This document shows, in pieces, positions 23,117-35,355 of a stretch of 64,000 nucleotides of DNA. Every line of letters starts with the position of its first letter. The first letter of the stretch is position 1. The notes under the pieces were generated by a model. The model saw only the letters and a list, made by a program, of their open reading frames with translations. It did no database searches and was not told the DNA's origin. This DNA comes from Azolla caroliniana. Taxonomy: Eukaryota > Plantae > Polypodiophyta. The DNA is taken from positions 11,284,001 to 11,348,000 of the forward strand of contig JBHGNT010000012.1 of assembly GCA_043228905.1 (NCBI GenBank). Reading direction: 5' to 3'. A program made the translations under genes and the position numbers.

Positions 23117-24248
23117 CTAATGATGGATGCCCTCGGTTTCTGTGGTTGACTCTCGAATGATGCGATGTCTTTTTGGCGGTTGATCCTGTGAGTCCGGGGC
23201 CGGTGGTGTTGGCTCCTCGGCTTGTTTCCTCTTTTGTTGCCGTATGGCCGAGGGCTGCTGGCTTGTGGGGCGTGGGCTCGGTTGTGGAGAGGGCATCGAT
23301 TTCCTTGGCGTTTTCAGGCATATGGTGACATCCTCAATGATGGGCTCCTCGGCCTCGTCCCATTCGACAGGGGTCGTTGTTAATGCCCGTTGTTTCTGAG
23401 TTTTTGGTGGGGGAGGTGCCGAGGTGGAAGTAGGGTTCCGAGTGGCCAAGGGAGGTGAAGAAGGTGAGGGGTCTTCCCATTCTTCCTGGATTAACGCCAA
23501 CATCTTCTCCCATTGTTTCCGTGGTGGTGGTGGGGAGGTAAGGATGTGACGAGGGGAAACCAAAGGAGGTGGGTAGAGGACTGTGAGGAAGTGATTAATC
23601 ACAGGCGTGCCAAATTGTGTTAACTGTTTTTAGGGAAACACCTTCGATGAGCCCACAGGCTATCGATATCAAGGGATCATGTTACGTGGAAGCCTCTTCC
23701 ACACGATGAAGATGATAGGAGTACGAGGAGCGTACACGGGCTACAACCCGTTAGGCATAAACGTAGCTCGGTTTACGAGTACGGGGAGAATACATAGATA
23801 AAAGAATAGTAAGAGTGAAACTTATATCAAATGATAAATAAAGCTCACAGTGATTACAGTACACGGCTCTCAGCCGGAAACAGTTCGTGCAGAGCTCGGT
23901 GCTACAATATTAATCATGCTAAAAATGATCTAGATAATCCCTCCTTGAGGTATGCATATCTCGGGTTATATAGTTTTCCTCTTGAGACAGAGCCGAGCCA
24001 TCGGCTGATTGTGAGGGCTAAAAACTCGACTATTTCTAGTTTACCTATTTCCTCACCTACTCTTCTACCTAACGGCGAGTTTACATAATGTATTTATATT
24101 TATGGCCAATGGACAACAATGACCATCTGTGGGAAGCCCCTGCACAAAACAACAGTGTCCCCCCCAACCATCTTCTTCCAACTCTCTGTCTCACCCTCGT
24201 CTCATCGCTTCCCTCCACGCCTCTGGTCAGCAAACCTTCGCGTCCACC

Positions 24249-24400
24249 ATGCCTCTCGCAGCATCGCAGGAAACCCGTTCTTGGCTACAACAACGAGGAC
24301 TGGGAGGATACTTACAGGTCATCGATGCCCCAACCAACCCTGACGCCCCAGCAATAGCACGCAGAATCGACCCTAACACAGTAACCAACAACATGATTCA
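24249..24400 (+). pseudogene. ORF2 of C, N-terminus (continues 34244-35321 and 47675-49479)
   Basis: MPLAASQETRSWLQQRGLGGYL matches MPIPVSKELRLWLHERNLQGFI of G ORF2. Confidence 0.85.
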
Positions 24401-24833
24401 TGTTACCGGCCGGCAAAGGAGTCCAACGAAGGAGTTATTTAATTATTAAGGAATGGTTATAAGTGAGCTATTAGTGTGGACGGACGGACCGGAATCAGTA
24501 TGCCGTTTCGGATCCGGACCGATCCCGAACAGGTGTGGATGGCACCGTTTTGTACTACAAACCGGAAACCTATTTAAAGGCCCGGATACAATGTAATGTT
24601 GAGCGGATAGTTAATGAAGCTTAGTGTTTTTATCTCTCTGTGTTAATTGCCGTTCTACATTCATTGTTATATCTTACGCATGTGATTATTAAGGATGATC
24701 TTGCTAAGTAACCTAATTAAGTCAGATTAATCATTGAGCCTAATCCTCTTGCCATAACACCCCTTTGGTGAAGTGTCTTCCGTAGACACCCTGTGTTAGG
24801 CCATTGTCCGGCCCTAAGAGTTAACACAGTTTT

Positions 24834-24844
24834 TGGCGATCACG
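24834..24844 (+). promoter_or_regulatory. PBS of D (different tRNA, probably another Arg isoacceptor)
   Basis: TGGCGATCACG, 7 nt after LTR; tRNA identity from memory. Confidence 0.7.
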
Positions 24845-24879
24845 ATTCTTGTTTTTGCAGCGAACGACGGGATGAATGG

Positions 24880-27800
24880 ATGACTAGATCAACGCACGAC
24901 CTGGTTACAGATCGAACTCGACGCCTTGCCGAAAGGCAAAGGAGACGTGAGGCTTTCCAACAAGTGGCGCAGGAAATTAGAGCGGATCGCTCGTTTTCCA
25001 ACGTAATCCGGAGAGTAGCGGAGGAGTCCCTCTGGTTACAGCAAACATCGCACCCGGACGATGGCAGTAGCCTAAGCAGCCTCCGGGAAACCGAATCCCT
25101 TGTCTAGGCGCTGGCAAGCGGAGAAGGCGAAGCAGAAGCCTTTTCAGCGTATGAATCGGATTCCGAAGGGGGATACAATGTGCACACGAACTACCGTAGC
25201 AGCAACGACACCCCGGGCGGACCAGAGGACGAAGGATCGGACACCTTACCGACACCGGAACCGGGAGTGCTAAGGCTGGAACCTATGGAACCAGAAGCAG
25301 AGGAAGAGCGATCTCCGACACCGGAAGTCGAGGAGGAGAGGCCTCCGTCACCAAAAGAAGAGGAACGACCACCGACGCCGAAGAAAAACCAGGAACGACC
25401 ACCAACACCACCAGCCCGCGCACCGATACCGGACGACGACATGCCATTCCAGTACTCCAAGTATAGAGATGATCCAGACGCGGAAGCTCATGTTCACGCC
25501 TTTGAATAGACATGGGAAGCAAACCATGTGTACCAGTGATTGACCCCGGAGGAAGAGGAACGCTCTAAGATAGCGGAATTTGGCGTCACATTGGAGGGAC
25601 CAGTAGCAAGATGGCACCGGACGCAGGACCCGTCTACCATCACCACCTTCGCAGATTTTAAAGCTAAATTCTTGCATTTTTTCCACAAGGAGGTGGACCA
25701 GACAGTAATGGTGGGCTTGTTTTATACCATCCGATAGGAGGTAGGGGAGAGCATTCCCCAGTTTGTCATCCGGTTTCAACGGATGCATAGTCAGCTTGCC
25801 CGCGCACCCCCGGAGGAGGAATTACGGACTATATTCCTAAATGCGCTCCGGGAACCCCTACACACGGTTTGCACGGTAATTGACTTCCGCGCAAGTACCA
25901 TCAACCAGGTCATTGACCGGGTGAGAGAGATGGAAAAGACAAGCTCCTGGCTCACACTGGGAGCACTCCAACGGGCGTTACCGTCTGATGAAGACCTCCT
26001 GTTTCGGCAAGCAATACAGTGCACAACCTGCTTGAATTCCGGACACTCGGCACTAGAATGCACTATGAGGACGCAATGTGTAATCTGTCAATCCAAGGGC
26101 CATACGACGGATAGGTGCGAGTATAATCTATTGAACCGGCAAGCACCGCCCGTCCGACAAATAGAGCCACGCAGCAGCCGGGATGAAGAAGAGGAACGTT
26201 GGCGGCGAATGGACCGCGACCGACAGGCACAGGATGTCCGGTATGGCGATCGACGGGAGAATGATGTCTGGTACGGTGATCGGCAGGATAACTACGACCG
26301 GTACGATAGATATGATCGGTACCGGGATTACAATAGACGATACGAACATTACGTATGGGAGCACTCCCCTGGGTATCGTCAGCAACGGGAGGAATACGGT
26401 ACATATAACGACCAACCTCGTCAAGAGTACCGCAATAAGAAGAACTATAACAAAAAACGGCATTTCAAAAAAGGCAGCCACCCACGGAATCCGGAACAAG
26501 GAGCTTCAAGCAGCCAACCGGCCCAAAACCCCGTGCTTACCACAGGACCTGCCCTGGGTACAACAAACAATGCCGAATCCAGCAATACCCGGAAAGCCTA
26601 CTGCTACTACTGCCGATAGGAAGGCCATTATAGTAATCAATGCCCGGCGAAGAGCTATGACAAACGACTGACAGTAAATATGGTAGTCCCTGAAGTGGCA
26701 GATCTGTAGCAGGTGACCACAAGGTCGAAGGGCATGGCCAAGGAATGGGAGACGCAGGAGACCATCTGGAAGCAAGCAACGGAATGGGTGAAGAAAGCAA
26801 ACGAGCAAAACGTAATAGACTTAGAGCGGCAAAAGGAGAACACCGTAGGGCTTGCCGGCGGCAGTCACTCCGAGAACGAGACATGGCAGGCGTTGCAGGA
26901 ATGCCAGATTACGCTGCCACTAGGAAGACTCCTACAGCTCGTGCCGAGATTCACGAAAGGACTGAAGACAGCCATGACGGAAGGAGAATCATCATCGGCA
27001 CCAGTACTCTTCTCGAATCCGGAGGAGGGACCAACGGTGGTGGACACCAATAGTCCAGTAATTACTGCCATTGTAAAAGGGAAAGAACTCCCCGGCACAG
27101 TAATAGACGGAGGCTCCGGTGTGAATGTAATAAGCCTCCGGATGTGTGATGCCCTGGGAATCCACGAGTGGGAGCCGTGTTCGTTCTGGTTACGGATGGC
27201 CGATACAAGCTCAGTGCGGCCGATAGGATTAATACGAAAATTAGAAGTCACCGTTGGCGGTCATACATTTCACATCTCGGCAGTAGTGCTACAATTACAG
27301 CCACAAGGCACGTACCCGCTATTGCTGGGGCGGCCGTGGTTGAAAACGGCACATATCAAACAGAATTGGAGGAAAAATATAATTACCTTCTAGCGAGGAA
27401 AAGCCAAGGTACATGTACCAACACAGCCAAGGACGAGCACTGGCAAGGAATGTACATCATTGTATACAGAGTGCGTCAACATGCTAGAAGGGTTAGCTGA
27501 CGAAGAAGAAGCTCAGTACTTGACGGAAAACCCGAAGATTGTACCCCTCTTCGAAATTGACATTGCCGAAGCAGTAGCACCATACTTACCGCAACCGGAA
27601 GAGACTGAAGCATAACCGGATAAGGACGCAATCCGAGAGTTACGGCAAGCGCATGAAGCGTTGGAACGGGAAATGGCCATTTCACAGCGCGTAAAAGCGT
27701 CGCAACTTGAAGAGGTGAACCTAGGGACCACGGACGAAGCAAAACCGGTGCACATCGCCAAGGAGATGAAGTCCGAAGACAAAACGACGATGATCACACT

Positions 27801-30679
27801 TTTCACGGAATTTCGCGACGTGTTTGCCTGGTCATACGAAGACATGCGAGGGCTCGACCCTCAGTTATACCAGCATCAGATTCACTTGAGCAAGGATGCA
27901 AAACCAGTGGCACAAAGACGGTACCGGATGAATCCCAATTATGCTGCCAAAGTCAAGGAGGAAATCGACAAACTGCTAAGAGTTGGCTTTATCCGTCCGG
28001 TAAAGAAAGCGACATGGCTGAGCCCGATCGTAGTCGTACCGAAGAAGAACGGAAAAATTCGAGTTTGTGTGGACTACCGGAAACTCAATGCGGCTACGGT
28101 AACGGATGCGTTTCCACTTCCGTTCACAGATGGAGTGTTGGATGCCGTCGCCGGCCATGAGGTCTATAGCTTTCTAGACGGATTCAGTGGGTATAATCAG
28201 ATCCAGATGCACCCCAATGACAAAGAGAAAACGGCTTTCGTCACCGAATGGGGGGTGTTTGTGGCCGTGGTGATGATGTTCGAACTCAAAACGAATCATC
28301 ATGGAAATCTTTGGTGAATATATCCCGGCTTTTATGCAGGTTTTCCTTGACGATTTCGCCGTCTATAGCCGGGAAGAGGATCATTTGCAGCACCTCCGTC
28401 TCTGTCTAGAAAAGTGTAGAGCGTACCAGCTCAGCTTGAATCCGGCGAAGTGTGTATTTGGCGTGTCCAGTGGAACCCTACTAGGACATATTGTGAGCAA
28501 GGAAGGCATTGCAGTCGACCCGGACAAAGTGAAAGCCATATTAGAAGCACCGGCGCCGGCAACAGCAAAGGCATTGAGCCGGTTCTTAGGCCAGATCCGG
28601 TGGCACAGCCGGATGCTCCGATACTTGGCCGACCTGGCTACACCGTTGCATGCCGCGGTACATCAAACACCATTCCAATGGACCGACACTGAGGATAGGG
28701 CGTATAGGGCCCTCAAGGTACTATTGTCGCAAGCACCGGTAGTGCAGCCTCCGGATTGGAGTAAAGAATTTCATGTGTTCGTGGACGCCTCCGACATCGC
28801 AATCAAAAGCGCACTGATGCAGCTTACGGAGCCAAAGTGGTACCGGCCAGTGTACTATGCCAGCCAAAAGCTATCCCAAGTGGAACGGAACTACTCTACC
28901 ACGGAATGGGAAGCTCTAGGGATGATCTACAGTGTGACAAAGTTTCAGCATAATTTATTGGGAAGGAAGTTTTCCTTCCATGTAGATCATTCGGCACTGC
29001 TCTACCTGGTGTCCAAGGCGTCACTCACCGGTAAGTTGGCCCGGTGGACCTTACTGTTACAGGAATTCGAGTTCAAAATATTCCACCAACCCGGTATACA
29101 ACATGCCGTAGCGGATTATTTAAGCCGACTAGAGTCCGGAGAGACGGGCAACGGAGTAGCGGACGAGTTTCCGGATGCGGAGTTGTTTCGAGTCACTACG
29201 GAAATGGCAGCAGATGAAACAGTGGCACAAGAAGACAAGTGGCTCACAAATATGCACCAGGTTCTGAGCACAAGACTGCCTCCGGAGGAGATGAACCGGG
29301 ACGAAAGGAAACGCCTGGCGGTGCAAAGCCGACATTTCTGCTTACTGCGAGACACACTTTACCACAAGGGCGCGGACGGCATATGGAGACGGGTTGTGCG
29401 CAGCGATGAAAAGGACCTCATACTGAGGGAAGCCCACTGCGGAGTTGCCGGAGGTCACTATGTCGGAGATGCGACGGCCAGGAAAATATGGCAAAGTGGC
29501 CAATGGCGGCCAACTACATTAAGAGATGTTGTACGGTACGCAAAAAAATGTGACCTATGCCAGCGAATGGGTCAGCCAACGGAGCAAGCTTGGATGCCAC
29601 ACCAGCCTGTACTACCACTCGAACCATTCCAGAAGTGGGGGCTAGACTTTGTTGGACCGTTCAAACCATCGGCAATGAGAATAGGTAATCGGTACGTCAT
29701 CGTCGCGACGGATTACTGCACGAAATGGGTGGAGGCCAAAGCCTTAAGAGACAACACCGCTGCATCAACGGCAAAATTTCTATACGACTACATCTGGTGT
29801 TGTTACGGATGCCCAATCGAATTAATAAGCGACCAAGGGGGGCACTTTCTCAGCCAAGTAGTTGAAAGCCTAACGACATTCTATGCCGTTGTCCATAAAC
29901 GGAGCACACCGTACTATCCGCAAGCAAACGGGTTAGCTGAGTCGCTGAACAAAACGCTCCAGAATATCCTCCAGAAGATCGTCAACGAAAACCGAACGGA
30001 TTGGGATACCAAGCTACATAGCGCGCTTTGGGCATACCGGACAGCATACAAAACGAGCATCCGAACAACACCGTTCCGGTTAGCGTTCGGACTAGAGGCG
30101 ATCATGACGGTGGAATTCCAAGTACCAAGCTTACGGATCCAGCTACGGGAACAGTTGAATGAGAAGGAGTCGGAGGCAATACGGTTAACAGCGTTGTGTG
30201 AACTCGAGGAACAACGGCTGGCAAGCATCCTACACTTAGAATTGGAACAACGGCGACGGAAAGCATTTGTCGACCGGCACCGGAAAGGAAATGAAAAAAT
30301 GTTCGAAATCGGCAAGCCGGTGTTAGTATTTCAGACCCGGATGGGCAAGATGCCGGGTAAACTACGGTTTAGATGGACCGGCCCATATTGGCTGACACGT
30401 GAGTATAATGGGTCCTACCAATTAGGGACAGTTGTCGGCGAAGTGCTAGGAAAATGGGTCAACGGATTCAGATTGAAGCCATATAGAGGACCGATGCCCA
30501 AGAACCCATTTGAGCAAAGGACCGACACCGGATCAGGAACCGGTGCGGAAACGGCAACCTGTGAGGGAAACGGCAACCACCAAGACGGAGGAGACGGCAA
30601 GCTGGTAACTGGGGAGAATGAGGCGACGGCAAACCGTAATGAGGCCGATAAGGGTTTGATAGGACCAACGGACAAGTAA
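24880..30679 (+). pseudogene. gag-pol of D (several in-frame stops, frameshift near 28295)
   Basis: QCTTCLNSGH..C/CVICQSKGH..C knuckles, VIDGGSGVN PR, FLDDF RT, DASD RNase H, KWGLDF/SDQG IN. Confidence 0.93.
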
Positions 30680-30689
30680 CCTCACACTA

Positions 30690-30721
<32 letters not shown>

Positions 30722-31056
30722 CGAAGTAATCATGCAAAAGCGAGGTATGAACGGACGAGAGAGCGAGGAGCGAAAAGGTACGTAATGGGCATTTAAGCGC
30801 CGCCACAGAACATAATGCTATTTTAGGACACGACGTGCACACGCTAGAAAAAGGCGCCAGAATGCACAGAGAAAAACCACAGCGCATGGAGACCTTCTCA
30901 TTTCACGAACCCAGGAGCACAGAAGCACCAAGGCATTGGCAGATCACCAGACGAGAACCTACGCACAGAGAACCCCCGCTTTCTGAACTCTCTCACTCTC
31001 ACTCTCACTCTCATCACCATCCAACCTCGCCACCACAATCCGACCTCAACACAAAC

Positions 31057-33748
31057 ATGGACCCACAAACGCTGTCGGAAGCCGCCAAAAAATGGCTAAA
31101 GCAACACGGGCTCGAGGGCTTCTTGACGATTATGGAGGCACCGCCACACAAAGAAGCCGACAAGGTGATCAAAGAAATCGACACAGAGGTCATAACGGAG
31201 GAGGCGATCCGTGCGTTAACAAGCCTTCCGGAGGGAGGCATATTCACGATCGACAATCCGACCTCGGAGCAACTCATCAAGTATTTTGGTGAGTACTCCC
31301 TAGCCAGCAAGGGCTACCGGACACAAGGCGGCGGAGATATGTTGTTCCGCGAGATTGCTCGTGTGCTCCACGAATACGGCCATGTGTACCCTAGACCCCC
31401 TATCATGCTGCAAAACCGAGCAGGGATGATCATCGCCACCTATCAAGGGATCAATGTGGATTGGCCGGTATTGATCGCAGACGGTTTGTGTGCGCCGATC
31501 GAGATCGTCAGAGGAAAAGACGTCAAAGAAGGCCGAGACGGACGGAAGATATGGCACGCAGTAACGTAGTGGCTCACTTTGCTTGTGCCACCCGTCCAGC
31601 CCGTCCAGCCCAAGAAGCGGGGAAGAGTGGCGGACGGCACCCCAAAGACTGCTTCCAAAAGACAACAGTTGTTGGCCTCTAAGGCCACTAAGGGGAAGGC
31701 GTCGGACGCAGAACAGGCGGGAAAGGAGAGCGCCAGACGGAAGCGGCCAACGGATGCGCAAGAGGCACCACCGGTACGGCCCGTAAAGATTACACTCGGC
31801 TCCTCCTCTATTTCCTCTTCCTGATTCCCGGCATTGAGTTTCGCCGCCAAGGGGTCCGCTTCAAGGCAGCCGGGAAACGTTTAAACCCTCAGACAGAGGG
31901 AACACTGGCTTCCCAATGGAGGAACTGGAACCGGTGCGCATGGCACCGGAATCAGAAGCCCTTGCACCACCGGCACCACCGGCAAGTCCCGTTCCGCCAG
32001 AGCCAGAAAGGTCAATGCAGCCTCCCTCGGCCAACCAAGAAGAAGCGCAAGGGGAACCAGGATAGCAGGGTGGTCCACGGGCAGAAACAGAATTGCAACT
32101 CGGCGCAATCAAGCGGGACCACCCACCCACAAGCGAGCCCATCCGTCAAACCTTCGTGCAAGCGCAACAACAATGCACTGGTAGCTTGTGGCTCCGGTGG
32201 ATAGGCGAACAGATTGCCGGAGTAGTGGGGTATATTGAGGCGGAAGAAAGAGCGCAAAGCGAACGGTTGCTCGTCACAACCGAACAACTAGAGACGGCCC
32301 GGTCCAGAATCTGGTGCCTTGAAAAAGACTTGGATCAGGTCACGGCAGAAATGGCCAAAATGGCCTTAACGGCAACACAGATCCAAGCACCGGTGACTCC
32401 GGTAAGTGTACAGAGTAAAGAAACAGACCAACCTGTACATACTAATAAGACCCCGGCAACGGAAACCGTTCCAGAGAGAGATGCGGTGCAAGCCCAGGAG
32501 CTTGCGGAATTGAGAGATGAACTTGCCGCACAAGAAGCGCTAAGGAGCCGTGAACGGGAATTGAAGACAGCGGCCGAAGCAGAATTAAAGAAGACTGCTG
32601 AGAACCTCCACCGAGCAGAGGAGAGCCTCCGGAAAGGCCATCAAGCTTACGACCGGCTAAGGGAGGAAAAAGACAAACTGCTGCAGGAAAAGGACAAGCT
32701 GCAGAAGACGGCGGAAACGGAAATTGAACAGCTAAAGGAGGAGCTCCGCCAGCAGAAGGACTGCGAGGACCGGGTCCATCGACAGATCAACGTACGACTC
32801 AAGCAAAAGACAAATGATTTTGAGCACCTGCACCGGGACTACAAACGGCTGGAAACGGAGCATAAGGAACGGATGGCCGAGCTCCGGCAGGAAGTTGATC
32901 AGGCTGCGACGGCGCTCGCCGACGAACGAGCGGAAAATACAAGACGGTTGGACGAGGCGGAGAGGGTCCGGATGGAGCTCCAGAGGCAGCAACAGGAAGA
33001 AAGGGAGAGAGTGTCAACGGTATTGCAAAAATTACAAAGCACATATCAAGGGCAATTGACGCATTACAAGGAGCAGGCGGACGACAACGTCAAAATCATC
33101 AAGCAATTGAAGGAGGAACGGCAAGCTGCGGAGATCAAATCGCAGATGGGAACGGGCCGGATTCAGTGCATCCTCCGGGCATGGTTGAATCAGACAAAAA
33201 GCTTGATTGACGAAAGCTCCGTAAGATGGTGGACAAAGTGGGCACCAAATACGGCGGAACTCCAATTGCTACAGGCAGACGTGGAAAACCGGCGGAAGGA
33301 AGGAGATGATTGTTACACGTTGACTTCCGAGGACTTCACCGCCATACGGGACGAGCTAGCCGAAGACTTCCAAGTCCTGGCGGATGAACAACTGGTGCAG
33401 GTCCGACAACTCGTAGCTCAGCTAGACGATGATAGGCTGGACGCTCAAATCCAGTTTGAGAGCTACAAGCGGTCCCAGGTTCGGGAAGAAAAAGCACAGG
33501 AAGCGGCAACGGTTAACCTTAGTGATGAGGAACCGTCGCCGGACGAGGGCCAGGCCGGAACCAGTCAACCGGAGACCACTACGACTGAGGGAGCAACGAC
33601 GGTAACACCGGTGTCAGAGCAACAAATGGAGGAGCAGTCGTAGCAGCCATCAACGGAGCAGCAACAGCAACCACAACAACAACCAATTCCAGATGAACCA
33701 TTAGAGACTCTCGAACAAAGCATTCTGGATATTTTGGACGAAGAATAG
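31057..33748 (+). pseudogene. ORF2 of D (N-terminal domain, coiled coil, acidic tail)
   Basis: KWLKQHGLEGFL, YFGEYS.ASKGY, VDWPVLIADGL, long coiled coil (32093-33643), KWAPNTAELQLL, ends SILDILDEE*. Confidence 0.88.
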
Positions 33749-33761
33749 CAAGGGTCGGATG

Positions 33762-33801
33762 GTGGATTCGATGTACAAGGTACTGTTCCACGAGCGTGCC
33801 A
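33762..33801 (+). other. tRNA-3'-end-like motif at the PPT position (element D)
   Basis: gtgga ttcgat gtac aag gtac tgt tccac gagcgtgCCA, then TC, then TGTTAC. Confidence 0.85.
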
Positions 33802-34243
33802 TCTGTTACCGGCCCGCAAAGGAGTCCAGAGAGTGAAACGAAGGAGTTATTTAATTATTAAGGAATGGTTATAAGTGAGCTATTAGTGTGGACGGACGGA
33901 CCAGAATCGGTATGCCGTTCCGAATCCGGACCGATCCCGAACAGGTACGGATGGCACCGTTTTGTACTACAAACCGGAAACCTATTTAAAGGCCCAGATA
34001 CAATGTAATGTTAAGTGGATAATTAATGAAGCTTAGTGTTTTTATCTCTCTGTGTTAATTGTCGTTCTGCATTCATTGTTATATCTTACGCCTGTGATTA
34101 TTAAGGACGATCTTGCTAAGTAACCTAATTAAGTTGAATTATTCATTGAGCCTAATCCTCTTGCCGTAACACCCCTTTGGTGAAGTGTCTTCCGTAGACA
34201 CCTTGTGTTAGGCCATTGTCCAGCCCTAAGAGTTAACAATTCA

Positions 34244-35321
34244 CGCTGCTCTGGACCTTGCGCGAGGTGGAGACCATGAGGTTGAAATCCCTCCCCACTC
34301 GATCCTCAAGGAATATTTTGGGATGTATTCAATGTCAGGTAAAGCTTACCGCACTTACGGAGGACCAAACAAAGCTTTTGGGGAGATCACTCGGATTTTA
34401 ATGGAATACACCTTTGTGCATACAAATCCCACAAGTATGCCACAGAATAAAGCTGCCATCATCATCCGGGCGTATGAAGGCGACAAAATCGATTGGGGAA
34501 TCATCACCGGCCAAGGAATCTGTGCGGCGCTCGAATCTTTTCAAACCGGTAAGCGCTTGTTGGCTTTGATTAATCACTTCCTCATAGTCCTCTACCCACC
34601 TCCTTCGGTTTCCCCTCGACGCATCTTTACCTCCCCACCCCCACCACGGAAACAACGGGAGAAGATGTTCGCATTAACCCAGGAAGAATGGGAAGACCCC
34701 TCGCCTCCCTCGGCCGCTCGGAACCCTACTTCCGCCTCGGCACCACCCCCACCAAAAACACAGAAACAACGGGTGTTAACAGTGACCCGTGTTGAATGGG
34801 ACGAGGCCGAGGAGCCCATCACTGAGGATGTCACCATACGCCAGAAAACGCCAAGGACATCGATGCCCTCTCCACAACCAAGCCCACGCCCCACAAGCCA
34901 ACAGCCCTTGGCCATACGGCAACAAAAAAGGAAACAAGCCGAGGAGCCAACACCACTGGCCCCGGACTCACAGGATCAGCCGCCAAAAAGACGTCGCATC
35001 ATTCGAGAGTCAACCACAGAACCCGAGGGCATCCATCATCAGAAATCAAAAGAGGCCAGCCCGACCTCCACGGCCATGGTACCAGCAGAGTCATGGCTCC
35101 AAGTCGGTAGGATCGAGCATGGACAAACCACGCAGATATCAAAGGAGGAAGTCCTCGGTTACAAAGATCTCCCGCAAAGGCATACAAGTTTAGTGCACTA
35201 CTTTGACTAGGCACAACATATGAGTTAATGGATTTCCTCGAGCGCACCCAAGTAGTTGCCGCCGCTCATATGGCCGAGGAGCATGCGGAAACAAAGATGA
35301 TCCAACACGCTCTAATGGGAG
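34244..35321 (+). pseudogene. ORF2 of C, middle part
   Basis: EYFGMYSMSGKAY, KIDWGIITGQG, PPKRRR; continuous with 24249-24400 across TSD. Confidence 0.85.
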
Positions 35322-35355
35322 TGTTGAGAATCAAGCTCAACTTGGTCTAGTGTGT

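Larger units (their letters stand above)
17673..24118 (-). mobile_element. Deleted/chimeric family-C gypsy element 'E' inserted antisense into C
   Basis: LTRs 17673-18169 (3') and 23618-24118 (5'); TSD ATGAC (17668-17672, 24119-24123); PBS TGGCACGCCTGTG at 23600-23612 fused directly to mid-ORF2. Confidence 0.92.
24401..34238 (+). mobile_element. Full-length, decayed non-chromovirus Ty3/gypsy element 'D'
   Basis: LTRs 24401-24826 and 33804-34238; TSD ATTCA (24396-24400, 34239-34243). Confidence 0.96.
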
